From an uncultured Thermoleophilia bacterium (GTDB lineage: Bacteria > Actinomycetota > Thermoleophilia > UBA2241), in NCBI GenBank assembly GCA_963713475.1, contig CAVQLY010000007.1:64834-128833 (forward strand): a DNA stretch of 64,000 nt, given 5' to 3'. Both the position numbers and the translations under genes were made by a program. Below are positions 1 through 9,086 of this stretch, piece after piece. The notes under the pieces were generated by a model, which saw only the letters and a program-made list of their open reading frames with translations, made no database searches and had not been told where the DNA came from. The stretch's first letter is position 1; the number at the start of each line of letters is the position of its first letter.

Positions 1-480
1 CAGCTGGGCTCCTCCGGCGCGCTCGCCGGGTTCTACGAAGAAGTCGTCGCGGCCGGGGCCGGCGCCAAGCCGGCGGCCAACTGGACGATGGGCGAGTACC
101 TCGCCCATCTCAACGCCGCCGGCCTCGAGGCCGGCCACGGCCACGTCACCGCCGAGCGACTCGCCCGGCTCGTCAAGCTCGTCGAGGACGGCACCGTCTC
201 GACGAGCGCCGCCAAAGAGGTCTTCGCGCGCATGATCGAGGAGCGCGCGGAGCCGGAGGCGACCATCGAGAAGCACGGCCTGGGCCAGATCAGCGACACC
301 TCGGAGCTCGAGGCGATCGTCGCCGAGGTCGTCGCCGCCAATCCCGCCCAGGTGGAGCAGTACCGGGGCGGCAAGCACCAGGTCATCGGGTTCTTCGTCG
401 GCCAGGTGATGAAGGCCAGTGGCGGGCGCGCCAACCCGCAGGTCGTGAACGACCTGCTCCGGCGCGCCCTCGACGCCTGA
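1..480 (+). CDS. gatB: Asp-tRNA(Asn)/Glu-tRNA(Gln) amidotransferase subunit B, C-terminal part (5' end outside window)
   Basis: Frame open from base 1 to TGA 478-480. C-terminal GatB/YqeY-type domain (AANWTMGEY.., QVEQYRGGKHQVIGFFVGQVMKASGGRANPQVV). Confidence 0.85.
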   Translation, partial: QLGSSGALAGFYEEVVAAGAGAKPAANWTMGEYLAHLNAAGLEAGHGHVTAERLARLVKLVEDGTVSTSAAKEVFARMIEERAEPEATIEKHGLGQISDTSELEAIVAEVVAANPAQVEQYRGGKHQVIGFFVGQVMKASGGRANPQVVNDLLRRALDA

Positions 481-518
481 CCAGCGAGCATAGTGTCCAC
501 CCCGTCCCTCTGAGGCAG

Positions 519-1778
519 GTGACCATGACCAGCGATCTCTCCAGCTTCGTCATCGCCCCCCGGGCCAAGCCGGCGGAGCCGGCCGTCCGCATCGACGACA
601 CGACCCTGCGCGACGGCGAGCAGACCGCCGGCGTCGTGTTCAGCAACCATGAGAAGATCCGCATCGCCAAGCTGCTCGACGAGGTGGGTGTCCATCAGAT
701 CGAGGTCGGCATCCCGGCGATGGGCGGCGACGAGAAGAAGACCATCACCGAGATCGTCGAGCTCGGGCTGGACTCCTCGATCCTCGCCTGGAACCGCGCC
801 GTGCTGGACGACATCCGGCACTCGATCGACTGCGGCGTCGACGCCGTGGCCATCAGCATGTCGGCCAGCGACATCCACATCGAGCACAAGCTCGCCAAGT
901 CCCGGCAGTGGGTGCTCGACCAGATCCGCGAGTGCGTCGCCTTCGCCAAGGACAAGAACCTCTACGTCTCGGTGAACGCCGAGGACGCCTCGCGCGCCGA
1001 CCTCGAGTTCCTCCTGCGCTTCGGCCAGGCGGCCAAGGAGGAAGGCGCCGACCGGCTGCGCTTCTGCGACACCCTCGGCATCCTCGATCCGTTCGACACG
1101 TACAACGTCATCACGTTCCTCATCAAAGAGGGCCTCAACATCGAGATGCACACGCACGACGACTTCGGGATGGCGACGGCCAACGCCCTGGCGGGCATCA
1201 AGGCCGGCGCCACCTACGTCAACACCACCGTCAACGGCCTCGGCGAGCGCGCCGGCAACGCGGCGCTCGAAGAGGTCGTGATGGCGCTCAAGTACCTCGG
1301 AAAGGTCGACGTGGGCCTGCACACGAGCCGCTTCCGCGAGCTCAGCGAGTACGTCGCCGCCGCGTCGGCGCGCACGATCCCGGCGTGGAAGAGCATCGTC
1401 GGCACCAACGTGTTCGCCCACGAGAGCGGCATCCACGCCGACGGCGTCATCAAGAACCCGCTCAACTACGAGGCGTTCGCACCCGAGGACGTGGGGCTGG
1501 AGCGCCAGATCGTGGTGGGCAAGCACTCCGGCTCGCGCACGATCTACCGCAAGTTCCAGGAGTTCGGACTGGAGCTCACCCAGGAAGACTGCGACGGCGT
1601 GCTGGCGCTGGTGCGCAAGACCGCCATCGAGCTCAAGCGGGCCCTGTTCGACAAGGAGCTCATGTACATCTACCAGGATTACCTGGGCCACCTCGGTGAC
1701 GCCGTGCCCATGGGCAGCAAGGCCGTCGCGGCCCCGGGTCCGGAGTCCACCGTCCCGGCCCCCGGGGCAGCCTCGTGA
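519..1778 (+). CDS. NifV/AksA-type homocitrate synthase-like enzyme; in this operon context probably Re-citrate synthase
   Basis: DRE-TIM metallolyase motifs (RIDDTTLRDGEQ, HTHDDFGMATANALA, GLGERAGNAALEEV). 419 aa. Stop overlaps next start (GTGA). Confidence 0.8.
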   Translation: MTMTSDLSSFVIAPRAKPAEPAVRIDDTTLRDGEQTAGVVFSNHEKIRIAKLLDEVGVHQIEVGIPAMGGDEKKTITEIVELGLDSSILAWNRAVLDDIRHSIDCGVDAVAISMSASDIHIEHKLAKSRQWVLDQIRECVAFAKDKNLYVSVNAEDASRADLEFLLRFGQAAKEEGADRLRFCDTLGILDPFDTYNVITFLIKEGLNIEMHTHDDFGMATANALAGIKAGATYVNTTVNGLGERAGNAALEEVVMALKYLGKVDVGLHTSRFRELSEYVAAASARTIPAWKSIVGTNVFAHESGIHADGVIKNPLNYEAFAPEDVGLERQIVVGKHSGSRTIYRKFQEFGLELTQEDCDGVLALVRKTAIELKRALFDKELMYIYQDYLGHLGDAVPMGSKAVAAPGPESTVPAPGAAS

Positions 1779-3043
1779 GCGTCCGCGCAGGCGCCGCCAC
1801 CCTCGCCGAGAAGCTGCTGGCGGCTGCGGCCGGGCTCGACGCCGTCGTACCCGGCCAGATCGTCGTCTGCGACGTCGACGTGGCCATCGCCCAGGACGGG
1901 ACCGGGCCGCTGGCGATCCAGCAGATCGAGGAGCTCGGGAGCGGCGAGGTCAAGGCGCCGGAGTGCGTGTTCTTCATCGACCACGCCGCGCCGGCGCCGC
2001 GCAGCGAGCTCGCCAACGCGCAGAAGACGATCAGGGCGTTCTGCGCCGAGTCCGGCGCCACGCTGAGCGACGTCGAGATGGGCGTGTGTCACCAGAGGGT
2101 CGCCGAGAGCTACGCCAAGCCCGGCGACCTGGTGATCGGCGCCGACTCGCACACCTGCATGGCCGGCGCGCTCGGCGCGTTCGCCACCGGCATGGGCAGC
2201 ACCGACGTGGCCGTCGGCATGGCCACCGGCAAGACGTGGCTGCGCGTGCCCGAGACGTTCCGCATCGAGGTCGACGGCGCGTTCGCCGACGGTGTCGAGG
2301 CCAAGGACCTGATGCTCACGCTCATCGGGCAGCTGGGCGCCGACGGCGCCACGTACAAGGCGCTCGAGTTCGGCGGGCCGGGCATCGACGCGATGCCCAT
2401 GCCCGGCCGCCTGACGCTGAGCAACATGAGCGTGGAGGCCGGCGCCAAGTGCGGCCTCATGCCGAGCGACGCGGCCACGCGGGCCTTCCTGGCGGGGCAG
2501 GGCCGCGAGGAGGCCTGGAAGCCGCTCGCGGCCGACCCCGGCGCCGCCTACGAGCGCGTCGTGACCTTCGACCTCGCGACCGTCGTGCCGACGGTGGCGA
2601 AGCCGCACACGGTGGACAACACGGCGCCGGCGGCGGAGCTCAAAGGCACGAAGGTCGACCAGGTCCTCATCGGCACCTGCACCAACGGCCGCCTCGAGGA
2701 CCTGCGCTCGGCGGCGCGGATCCTGCGCGGCCGCCGCCGCGCGCCCGGCACGCGGCTCATCGTGACGCCGGCTTCGCAGGCCACTGCCCGCGCGGCCGCG
2801 GCCGAGGGGCTGTTCGACGTGTTCTGGGACGCCGGCGCCGTGGTCACCAACCCGGGCTGCGGCGCCTGCGTCGGCATCCACGAGGGCATCCTCGCCGACG
2901 GCGAGGTCTGCATCAGCACGGCCAACCGCAACTTCCACGGCCGCATGGGCAATCCTGAGGCCTTCATCTACCTCGCCTCGCCGGCCACCGCGGCCGCTTC
3001 AGCCGTGGCCGGCGAGATCACCGATCCACGCGAGATCCTCTAG
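1775..3043 (+). CDS. Aconitase-family dehydratase large subunit (LeuC/HacA type, about 420 aa)
   Basis: [35 protein letters not shown] and NPGCGACVG Fe-S ligand motifs. Translationally coupled to the upstream gene. Ends in TAG. Confidence 0.85.
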   Translation: MSVRAGAATLAEKLLAAAAGLDAVVPGQIVVCDVDVAIAQDGTGPLAIQQIEELGSGEVKAPECVFFIDHAAPAPRSELANAQKTIRAFCAESGATLSDVEMGVCHQRVAESYAKPGDLVIGADSHTCMAGALGAFATGMGSTDVAVGMATGKTWLRVPETFRIEVDGAFADGVEAKDLMLTLIGQLGADGATYKALEFGGPGIDAMPMPGRLTLSNMSVEAGAKCGLMPSDAATRAFLAGQGREEAWKPLAADPGAAYERVVTFDLATVVPTVAKPHTVDNTAPAAELKGTKVDQVLIGTCTNGRLEDLRSAARILRGRRRAPGTRLIVTPASQATARAAAAEGLFDVFWDAGAVVTNPGCGACVGIHEGILADGEVCISTANRNFHGRMGNPEAFIYLASPATAAASAVAGEITDPREIL

Positions 3044-3056
3044 AAAGGAGGACGCT

Positions 3057-4100
3057 GTGGCCAAGCAGTACAGCGCACCGCCGGAGATGGTCATCGACCC
3101 GAGCAAGCGCTACACGGCGACCATCAGCACCGACAACGGCGACATCGTCATCGAGCTGTTCGCCGACAAGGCGCCGCGCACCGTCAACAACTTCGTGTTC
3201 CTCGCCCGCGAGGGGTACTACGACGGCGTCACCTTCCACCGCGTCATCAAGGGCTTCATGGCCCAGGGCGGCGACCCGACGGGGAGCGGCAGCGGCGGGC
3301 CCGGCTACAAGTTCGCCGACGAGTTCCATCCCGCGCTGCGGCACGACGGGCCGGGCGTCCTCTCCATGGCCAACGCAGGTCCGGGCACCAACGGCTCGCA
3401 GTTCTTCATCACCTACTCCGCGACGCCGCACCTCAACGACCGCCACACCGTGTTCGGCAAGGTGATCGAGGGCATGGACGTCGTCGAAGCGATCCCCGAG
3501 CGCGATCCCATGCGGGCGCGCGAGCCGGGCATCGCCATGAACTCGGTGGTGATCGCTGAGGAGGAGTGGGTGACGTGTACCGAGGAGCTCCTGCACGGCC
3601 GGGCCTGGCTGTTCGGCGACGACATCAGCACCGACCACATCGCGCCGGGCCGCCTGTTCCACCTGCGCACCAACATGCCCGAGCTCGCCAAGCACGTCCT
3701 TGAGGACGCGCGCCCCGAGTTCGCCGCCGGGATGCGCCCAGGTGACTTCGTCGTGGGCGGGCGCAACTTCGGCCTCGGCTCGAGCCGCGAGCACGCGCCG
3801 CGCATCATCAAGCTGGCCGGCGCCGGCGCCGTGCTGGCGCAGAGCTTTGCGCGGATCTTCTTCCGCAACTCCATCAACGTCGGCCTGCCGGTGCTGCAGT
3901 GCGACACCGGCGCGATCGGCGAGCAAGACGAGCTCGAGGTCGATCTGGAGGCCGGTGAGGTCAGGGACCTGACCACCGGCGCCGTCATCCCGTTCGTCCC
4001 GCTGCCGCCGGTGATGGTGACCATCCTGAACGACGGCGGCCTCGTCGCCCACGTCAAGAAGCACGGCGGCTTCGCGCTGCCGGGAGGACCCGAAGCATGA
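3057..4100 (+). CDS. Cyclophilin-type peptidyl-prolyl isomerase fused in frame to a LeuD/HacB-type dehydratase small subunit
   Basis: N-terminal half is cyclophilin ([33 protein letters not shown]). C-terminal half is LeuD-like ([33 protein letters not shown]). No stop between the halves. Internal GAGGAGGAG followed by in-frame GTG at 3570. Confidence 0.75.
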   Translation: MAKQYSAPPEMVIDPSKRYTATISTDNGDIVIELFADKAPRTVNNFVFLAREGYYDGVTFHRVIKGFMAQGGDPTGSGSGGPGYKFADEFHPALRHDGPGVLSMANAGPGTNGSQFFITYSATPHLNDRHTVFGKVIEGMDVVEAIPERDPMRAREPGIAMNSVVIAEEEWVTCTEELLHGRAWLFGDDISTDHIAPGRLFHLRTNMPELAKHVLEDARPEFAAGMRPGDFVVGGRNFGLGSSREHAPRIIKLAGAGAVLAQSFARIFFRNSINVGLPVLQCDTGAIGEQDELEVDLEAGEVRDLTTGAVIPFVPLPPVMVTILNDGGLVAHVKKHGGFALPGGPEA

Positions 4101-5101
4101 CGTACACCGTGACCCTCATCCCGGGCGACGGCACCGGCCCCGAGCTGGCCGCCGCGCTCGAGACCGTCATCTCCGCCACCGGCGTGCCCATCGTGTGGGA
4201 GGTGCACGACGCCGGCCTCGACGTGATGGAGGAGTACGGCACGCCTCTGCCCGAGCACGTGCTCGAGTCGATCCGCCGCACCAAGGTGGCGATCAAGGGT
4301 CCGATCACGACACCGGTCGGCAAAGGCTTCCGCAGCGTCAACGTGGCGCTGCGCAAGGAACTCGACCTGTACGCCTGCCTGCGTCCGTCCAAGACGATGA
4401 AGGGCGTGAAGACTCGCTTCGACGACATCGACCTCGTCGTCGTGCGCGAGAACACCGAGGACCTCTACGCCGGCATCGAGCACATGGTCACGGACGACGC
4501 CGCGGAGAGCATCAAGATCATCACGCGCCGGGGGACGGAGCGCATCGCGCGCTTCGCCTTCGAGTACGCGCGCCGCCACGACCGGCGCAAGGTCACCGCG
4601 GTGCACAAGGCCAACATCATGAAGTGCACCGACGGGCTCTTCCTGCGCGTCTGCGGGGAGGTCGCGGAGGGCTATCCCGACATCGAGTTCGAGGACCGCA
4701 TCGTCGACAACATGTGCATGCAGCTCGTGCAGAAGCCGGAGCTGTACGACGTCCTCGTGCTGCCCAACCTGTACGGCGACATCGTCAGCGACCTGTGCGC
4801 CGGTCTCATCGGGGGCCTGGGCGTGGCGCCGGGGGCCAACATCGGCGACGATGCCGCCGTGTTCGAGCCCGTGCACGGCAGCGCTCCCAAGTACGCCGGC
4901 CTGGACAAGGTGAACCCCACGGCTCTGCTGCGCTCCGGCGTGCTGCTGCTCGACCACCTTGGCGAGGACGTGGCGGCGCGGCGGATGGAAGACGCGATCG
5001 CCGCCGTGATCGCCGAGGGCAAGGACGTGACCTACGATCTCGGCGGCTCGGCCGGCACGTCCGGCATGGCCGCCGCCATCGCCCGCCGCATCGCCGGCTG
5101 A
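4097..5101 (+). CDS. icd: Isocitrate dehydrogenase (beta-decarboxylating dehydrogenase family, NAD-IDH-like, 334 aa)
   Basis: [31 protein letters not shown] carries the isocitrate-type S-x-N motif. Also [12 protein letters not shown] and [14 protein letters not shown] overlap with the upstream gene. Confidence 0.8.
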   Translation: MTYTVTLIPGDGTGPELAAALETVISATGVPIVWEVHDAGLDVMEEYGTPLPEHVLESIRRTKVAIKGPITTPVGKGFRSVNVALRKELDLYACLRPSKTMKGVKTRFDDIDLVVVRENTEDLYAGIEHMVTDDAAESIKIITRRGTERIARFAFEYARRHDRRKVTAVHKANIMKCTDGLFLRVCGEVAEGYPDIEFEDRIVDNMCMQLVQKPELYDVLVLPNLYGDIVSDLCAGLIGGLGVAPGANIGDDAAVFEPVHGSAPKYAGLDKVNPTALLRSGVLLLDHLGEDVAARRMEDAIAAVIAEGKDVTYDLGGSAGTSGMAAAIARRIAG

Positions 5102-5117
5102 GGCAAGGAGGCTCGTC

Positions 5118-5426
5118 GTGGACGAGGACGAACGCCACATCAATCTGCACGCCACCCCGGAACAGCTGGCCGGCGTCTACGCCAACTTCGCCAACGTCAG
5201 CCACTCGGACTACGAGTTCTCGCTCACGTTCGTGCGCCTCGACCACGAGAGCGAAGAAGGCGGCGAGCTCAACGGCGTCGTCGTGAGCCGCGTCAACCTC
5301 TCGACGCGGTTCATGAAGGAGCTCGTCGACGCCATGAACGACAACTACAGCAAGTGGCTCCAGGCGGAGAACATCAAGAACCTGCCGGAGGCCCCCGGGC
5401 ACGAACAGCCCGGCGAGCCGACCTGA
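5118..5426 (+). CDS. DUF3467-family protein
   Basis: Pattern ..AGVYANFANVSHSDYEFSLTFVRLD..VSRVNLSTRFMKELVDAMNDNYSKW resembles DUF3467 proteins. GTG start. Confidence 0.55.
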   Translation: MDEDERHINLHATPEQLAGVYANFANVSHSDYEFSLTFVRLDHESEEGGELNGVVVSRVNLSTRFMKELVDAMNDNYSKWLQAENIKNLPEAPGHEQPGEPT

Positions 5427-5599
5427 CGTGAGGGGCGCCGGCGCCGGACGACGCCCCCCGGTAGCCCATCCACAAGGCACGACTCAGGCTGCCGGGCGCG
5501 AACGGATGTTTGGCTTCGCGCCCGTCCCGCTCGCCAGAATGGCCAAGCGGGTCCCGCTTTCGGCTCCTTTTTGCCCTGCATTCCGCGCGTTTCCAGGCG

Positions 5600-5629
5600 T
5601 TGCCGCACCGACCCCCGGTCGGCTAGAAT
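5600..5629 (+). promoter_or_regulatory. Candidate sigma-70-type promoter for the aor operon
   Basis: -35 TTGCCG (5600-5605), 18-nt spacer, -10 TAGAAT (5624-5629). About 100-nt leader before GTG 5736. Confidence 0.4.
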
Positions 5630-5735
5630 GGCTGGGCCTGTACTCCCACGTTCCTCTTGGTCGCACGCCGGAGCCGTGTGCGCACCGCCGGGGGGGAATG
5701 GTGGCGATTCCGTCGCACGTCTTCAGGAGGACGCA

Positions 5736-7538
5736 GTGGACTTCTACCAGGGCAAGGTGCTCAGGCTCGACCTGAGCGCAGGCACCTCGACCGTCGAGCC
5801 GCTCAACATGGAGTGGGCCGAGCGCTACATCGGCGGCAAGGGCCTGCTTCTGCGCTACATGTGGGACGAGGTCCCGCGCGGCGTCGACCCGTGGGCGCCG
5901 GAGAACCCGGTCATCCTCATGACCGGTCCGTTCGCCGGCACCAACGTCAGCACGGCCTCACGACTCGTGGTGGGCTGCAAGAGCCCGCAGACCGGCATCC
6001 TCAACGACAGCTACGTCGGCGGCTCGTTCGCCCCCGAGCTCAAGTTCGCCGGCTACGACGTCGTCATCATCACCGGTGAGTCGCCCGAGCCCGTCGTGGT
6101 CGTCATCAAGGACGACGTCGTCGAGTTCGTACCGGCGAAGCCCAAGTACTGGGGCCTCAACACCGCCGAGATCGAAGCGGCGATGCGCGAGGACGTCGAT
6201 CCCAACGTCAAGACGCTCTCCATCGGCCCCGCCGGCGAGAACCAGCTTCTCTGGGCCTGCCTCTCCACCGACCAGTACCACAAGGCCGGGAGGGGCGGTC
6301 ACGGCGCTCTCTGGGGACGCAAGAACCTCAAGGCGATCGCCGTCCGCGGCACCGGCACCGTCACCGTCGGCGACGCCAAGGCGTTCCTCGCCGACATGTA
6401 CCGCATCCACAGCGACTACGTCCTCACCGAGGACAACCTGTGGGCCAACGAGGAGGGCACGCCCGTTCTCGCGCAGATCATGAGCGACGCCGGCGTGATG
6501 CCGACGCGCAACTGGTCGTCGGGCACCTTCGACGGCGTCGAAGGCATCAACTCCGACTCGTTCCTCAAGATCCGTACCAAGAACCGCGCCTGCTACCAGT
6601 GCGCCATCGGCTGCCGCCAGTTCCACGAGACGGACGGCATCGCCGGCGAGGGTCCCGAGTACGAGACCATCGCCCTCTGCGGCGGCAACTGCGGCATCGG
6701 CGACATCGCCGCGCTCATGAAGTTCAACGAGCTCTGCGACCAGCTGGGCATGGACACCATCAGCACCGGCAGCGTCGTCGGCCTTGCGATGGACCTCACC
6801 GAGAAGGGCATCAAGGACTTCGGCATGCGCTTCGGCGAGACCGAGGGCTACCTCAAGGCGCCCGAGCTCATCTGCGCCAAGGAAGGCATCGGCGCTGAGC
6901 TCGCGCTCGGTTCCCGCGGCCTGGCGACCAAGTACGGCGTGCCCGAGCTCGCGATGGAGGTCAAGAACATGGAGCTGCCGGGGTACGACCCGCGCGGTTC
7001 GTTCGGCATGAGCCTCGGCTACGCCACCTCCGACCGTGGCGGCTGCCACATGCGCGCGTACCCGATCGCCGACGAGATCGTCGGCGGCACCCTGCCGCCG
7101 GACTCGCTCGAGGGCAAGGCGCTGAAGGTCGTCTGGGGCAACCCGGCCGAAGGCATGATCGGCGAGAACTTCAGCGCCGTGAAGTTCACCGGCATCTGGT
7201 GCGACTTCTGGGCGGTCACGCCCGAGCAGATCGCGCAGGTCTTCAAGCATGCCTGGAAGCACGACTTCACCGAGGACGAGGTCTTCCAGATCGGCGAGCG
7301 CGTCTGGAACCTCGGCCGCCTGTTCAACCTGCGCGAAGGCGTCGAGCCCGACGATATCCCGCAGAAGCTGTATGCGGAGGCCGGCGCCCACACGACGGGC
7401 GCTTCGGCCGGCCGTTCGATCGGCACCGAGACGTTCAAGAAGGCCCTGCAGGAGTTCTACCAGATCCGCGGTTGGGACGAGCACGGCGTGCCCAGCGAAG
7501 CCAAACTCGCCGAGATCGGCGTGGACGTGCGCCTCTAA
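5736..7538 (+). CDS. aor: Tungsten-type aldehyde:ferredoxin oxidoreductase (AOR family)
   Basis: About 600 aa from GTG 5736 (AGGAGGA 5 nt upstream). AOR N-terminal domain (GKVLRLDLS..EPLN..RYIGGKGL), cluster Cys region (CYQCAIGC) and C-terminal AOR domains. The track ORF start at 5571 is too far upstream. Confidence 0.85.
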   Translation: MDFYQGKVLRLDLSAGTSTVEPLNMEWAERYIGGKGLLLRYMWDEVPRGVDPWAPENPVILMTGPFAGTNVSTASRLVVGCKSPQTGILNDSYVGGSFAPELKFAGYDVVIITGESPEPVVVVIKDDVVEFVPAKPKYWGLNTAEIEAAMREDVDPNVKTLSIGPAGENQLLWACLSTDQYHKAGRGGHGALWGRKNLKAIAVRGTGTVTVGDAKAFLADMYRIHSDYVLTEDNLWANEEGTPVLAQIMSDAGVMPTRNWSSGTFDGVEGINSDSFLKIRTKNRACYQCAIGCRQFHETDGIAGEGPEYETIALCGGNCGIGDIAALMKFNELCDQLGMDTISTGSVVGLAMDLTEKGIKDFGMRFGETEGYLKAPELICAKEGIGAELALGSRGLATKYGVPELAMEVKNMELPGYDPRGSFGMSLGYATSDRGGCHMRAYPIADEIVGGTLPPDSLEGKALKVVWGNPAEGMIGENFSAVKFTGIWCDFWAVTPEQIAQVFKHAWKHDFTEDEVFQIGERVWNLGRLFNLREGVEPDDIPQKLYAEAGAHTTGASAGRSIGTETFKKALQEFYQIRGWDEHGVPSEAKLAEIGVDVRL

Positions 7539-7566
7539 GGCGCGGCGCCGAGACGAAGGAGAACCG

Positions 7567-8070
7567 ATGCCTCACGTGTTGATCTCGAGCAAGAAGTGCA
7601 CCGGCTGCCATATGTGCGAGCTGGCCTGCTCCGCGCAGCATGAGGGCGCCTATCGCCCGTCCGTTGCGCGACTGTTCAGCGAGTGCAATCCGACCACGGG
7701 TGCGACCAAGGGCCACACCTGCCTGCAGACCGCGTGCCACAAGTGCCAGGACGCCTGCCCCGCGGGCGCCATCGTCACCAAGGAAATCACGGTGAAGGTC
7801 AAGGGCGAGTTCGCCGGCAAGGAGAAGATCGGCGGCGACACCGTCAAGGGCTACGTCCTCGTCGTCGACGAGGACCTCTGCACCAACTGCGGCGACTGCT
7901 ACGAGGCCTGCCCCTACGATGTCATCCACGAGCACCCGGAGCGCGAGGTCGCGTTCAAGTGCGACCTCTGCGACGGCGAGCCCCAGTGCATCGCCTTCTG
8001 CCAGAACCCCCACGTCCTCGCCGTCGATCTCAAGGTCGACAAGATGGACAGGGAGCTGGCGCAGGCCTGA
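7567..8070 (+). CDS. 4Fe-4S dicluster ferredoxin-domain protein (AOR partner)
   Basis: CTGCHMCELAC, CHKCQDACP, CTNCGDCYEACP and CDLCDG..CIAFC motifs. GAAGGAG RBS before ATG 7567. Confidence 0.75.
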   Translation: MPHVLISSKKCTGCHMCELACSAQHEGAYRPSVARLFSECNPTTGATKGHTCLQTACHKCQDACPAGAIVTKEITVKVKGEFAGKEKIGGDTVKGYVLVVDEDLCTNCGDCYEACPYDVIHEHPEREVAFKCDLCDGEPQCIAFCQNPHVLAVDLKVDKMDRELAQA

Positions 8071-8072
8071 TC

Positions 8073-8342
8073 GTGACGCCCGCGTTCGTCAGACTGCCGG
8101 TCGGCATGACCACGCCGGACGGCGGCAAGGAAGTCGAGTGCCACGGGGCCACGGTCCGCGAGGTGATCGACGAGGCCATCGCGGTCGAGCCGCGCATGCG
8201 CGCCCGCATCTTCCGTGAAGACGGGCGCATGTTCGCCGGCGTGTTCCTGAACGGCCGCAACATCAACGCCCTGGGCGGCATGGACACGGCGGTCGCCGAC
8301 GGCGACAAGCTCACCGTCGTCCCGCCCATGTCGGGCGGCTGA
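8073..8342 (+). CDS. MoaD/ThiS-family ubiquitin-like sulfur-carrier protein
   Basis: About 89 aa ending ..GDKLTVVPPMSGG (C-terminal Gly-Gly). Start GTG 8073 or ATG 8106. Confidence 0.6.
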   Translation: MTPAFVRLPVGMTTPDGGKEVECHGATVREVIDEAIAVEPRMRARIFREDGRMFAGVFLNGRNINALGGMDTAVADGDKLTVVPPMSGG

Positions 8343-8365
8343 CGGCCGCAGCGGACGCAAGGTCC

Positions 8366-8404
8366 GGACGGGGCGGGTGCTCGTGAGGAGCGCCCGCCCC
8401 GTCC
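8366..8404 (+). terminator. Stem-loop terminator after the aor-fdx-moaD operon
   Basis: 17-bp stem GGACGGGGCGGGTGCTC / GAGCGCCCGCCCCGTCC (one G-U), 5-nt loop. Confidence 0.55.
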
Positions 8405-8408
8405 TCGT

Positions 8409-8417
8409 TGGTACACT
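8409..8417 (+). promoter_or_regulatory. Extended -10 element (TGgTACACT); predicts leaderless nitroreductase-pylBCD mRNA
   Basis: Hexamer TACACT ends 6 nt before ATG 8424. It follows the terminator at 8366-8404 directly. Confidence 0.45.
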
Positions 8418-8423
8418 GGACGC

Positions 8424-9086
8424 ATGAGCGGCCGCGGCAGCAGATCGAGACTCGAGACCACCGGCTTCGCCGACGCCGTGCACGGGCGGTCGAGCGTGCG
8501 CAAGTACGCGCCGGAGCCGGTTCCCCGCGAGGACGTCGAGGCCATGGTCGGCGTCGCCGTCAGGGCGGCCAACGCCGGCAACGCCCAGACGTGGCGGTTC
8601 GTCGCCGTCGAGCACGCCGATCTGCGAGCCGCCATGAAGCAGGCGGTCGACGACGTGCTCGACGAGATGGGCGCCTGGCCGGAGGCCGCCGGCCTGGAGA
8701 AGGAGCTCAAGGCCTACCGCGCTTACGCGACCTTCTTCGCCGATGCCCCCGTCGTGATCGCCGTCTTCGGCCGGGCGTACCACTCGCTGGCCGACGAGCT
8801 CCACGAGCGCCGGGGTCTGCCGCGGGACGAGCGCGACCGGCTCCGCCAGCGGCCCGACATCCAGAGCCTCGGCGGGGCCATCCAGCTGCTCTGCAATGCA
8901 GCGCACGCCATGGGGTACGGCTCCTGCTGGATGACCGCCCCCGTGCTCGCGGCGCCCGCCATCGAGGAGTTGCTCGGCGTCGAAGCGCCGCTCGAGCTCG
9001 CGGCGCTCGTCCCGGTCGGCAGGCCGCTGACGTCGCCCACGCCCTCGTCGCGGCGGCCCGTCGAGGACGTCCTCGAGTTCCGGTGA
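8424..9086 (+). CDS. Nitroreductase-family FMN oxidoreductase
   Basis: RSSVRKYAPEPVPREDVEAMV..AANAGNAQTWRFV.. and ..GYGSCWM.. nitroreductase-fold signatures. TGA overlaps GTG of pylB (GTGA at 9083-9086). Confidence 0.8.
   Translation: MSGRGSRSRLETTGFADAVHGRSSVRKYAPEPVPREDVEAMVGVAVRAANAGNAQTWRFVAVEHADLRAAMKQAVDDVLDEMGAWPEAAGLEKELKAYRAYATFFADAPVVIAVFGRAYHSLADELHERRGLPRDERDRLRQRPDIQSLGGAIQLLCNAAHAMGYGSCWMTAPVLAAPAIEELLGVEAPLELAALVPVGRPLTSPTPSSRRPVEDVLEFR

Noticed and set aside
33-1691. Long opposite-strand or alternative-frame ORFs throughout the track (for example 33-1691 minus, 3413-5155 minus, 50585-53035 minus 816 aa, 52872-55922 minus 1016 aa, 21028-22362 minus).
   Set aside because: They are Arg/Ala/Gly/Pro-rich with no recognisable domains. 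They lie antisense to or out of frame with genes that have clear family motifs. This is expected for open frames in about 70% GC DNA.
3538-3573. Hidden stop separating the cyclophilin and LeuD-like domains (for example TGA at 3571 overlapping GTG 3570 after an undetected frameshift).
   Set aside because: The alternative frame carries stops at 3538 and 3550 and is not coding. The cyclophilin C-terminus reads naturally in the fused frame.
5630-5735. Moco/Tuco riboswitch in the aor leader.
   Set aside because: I could not find the conserved Moco-motif elements by eye. The leader is only about 100 nt. This needs a covariance-model scan to exclude formally.
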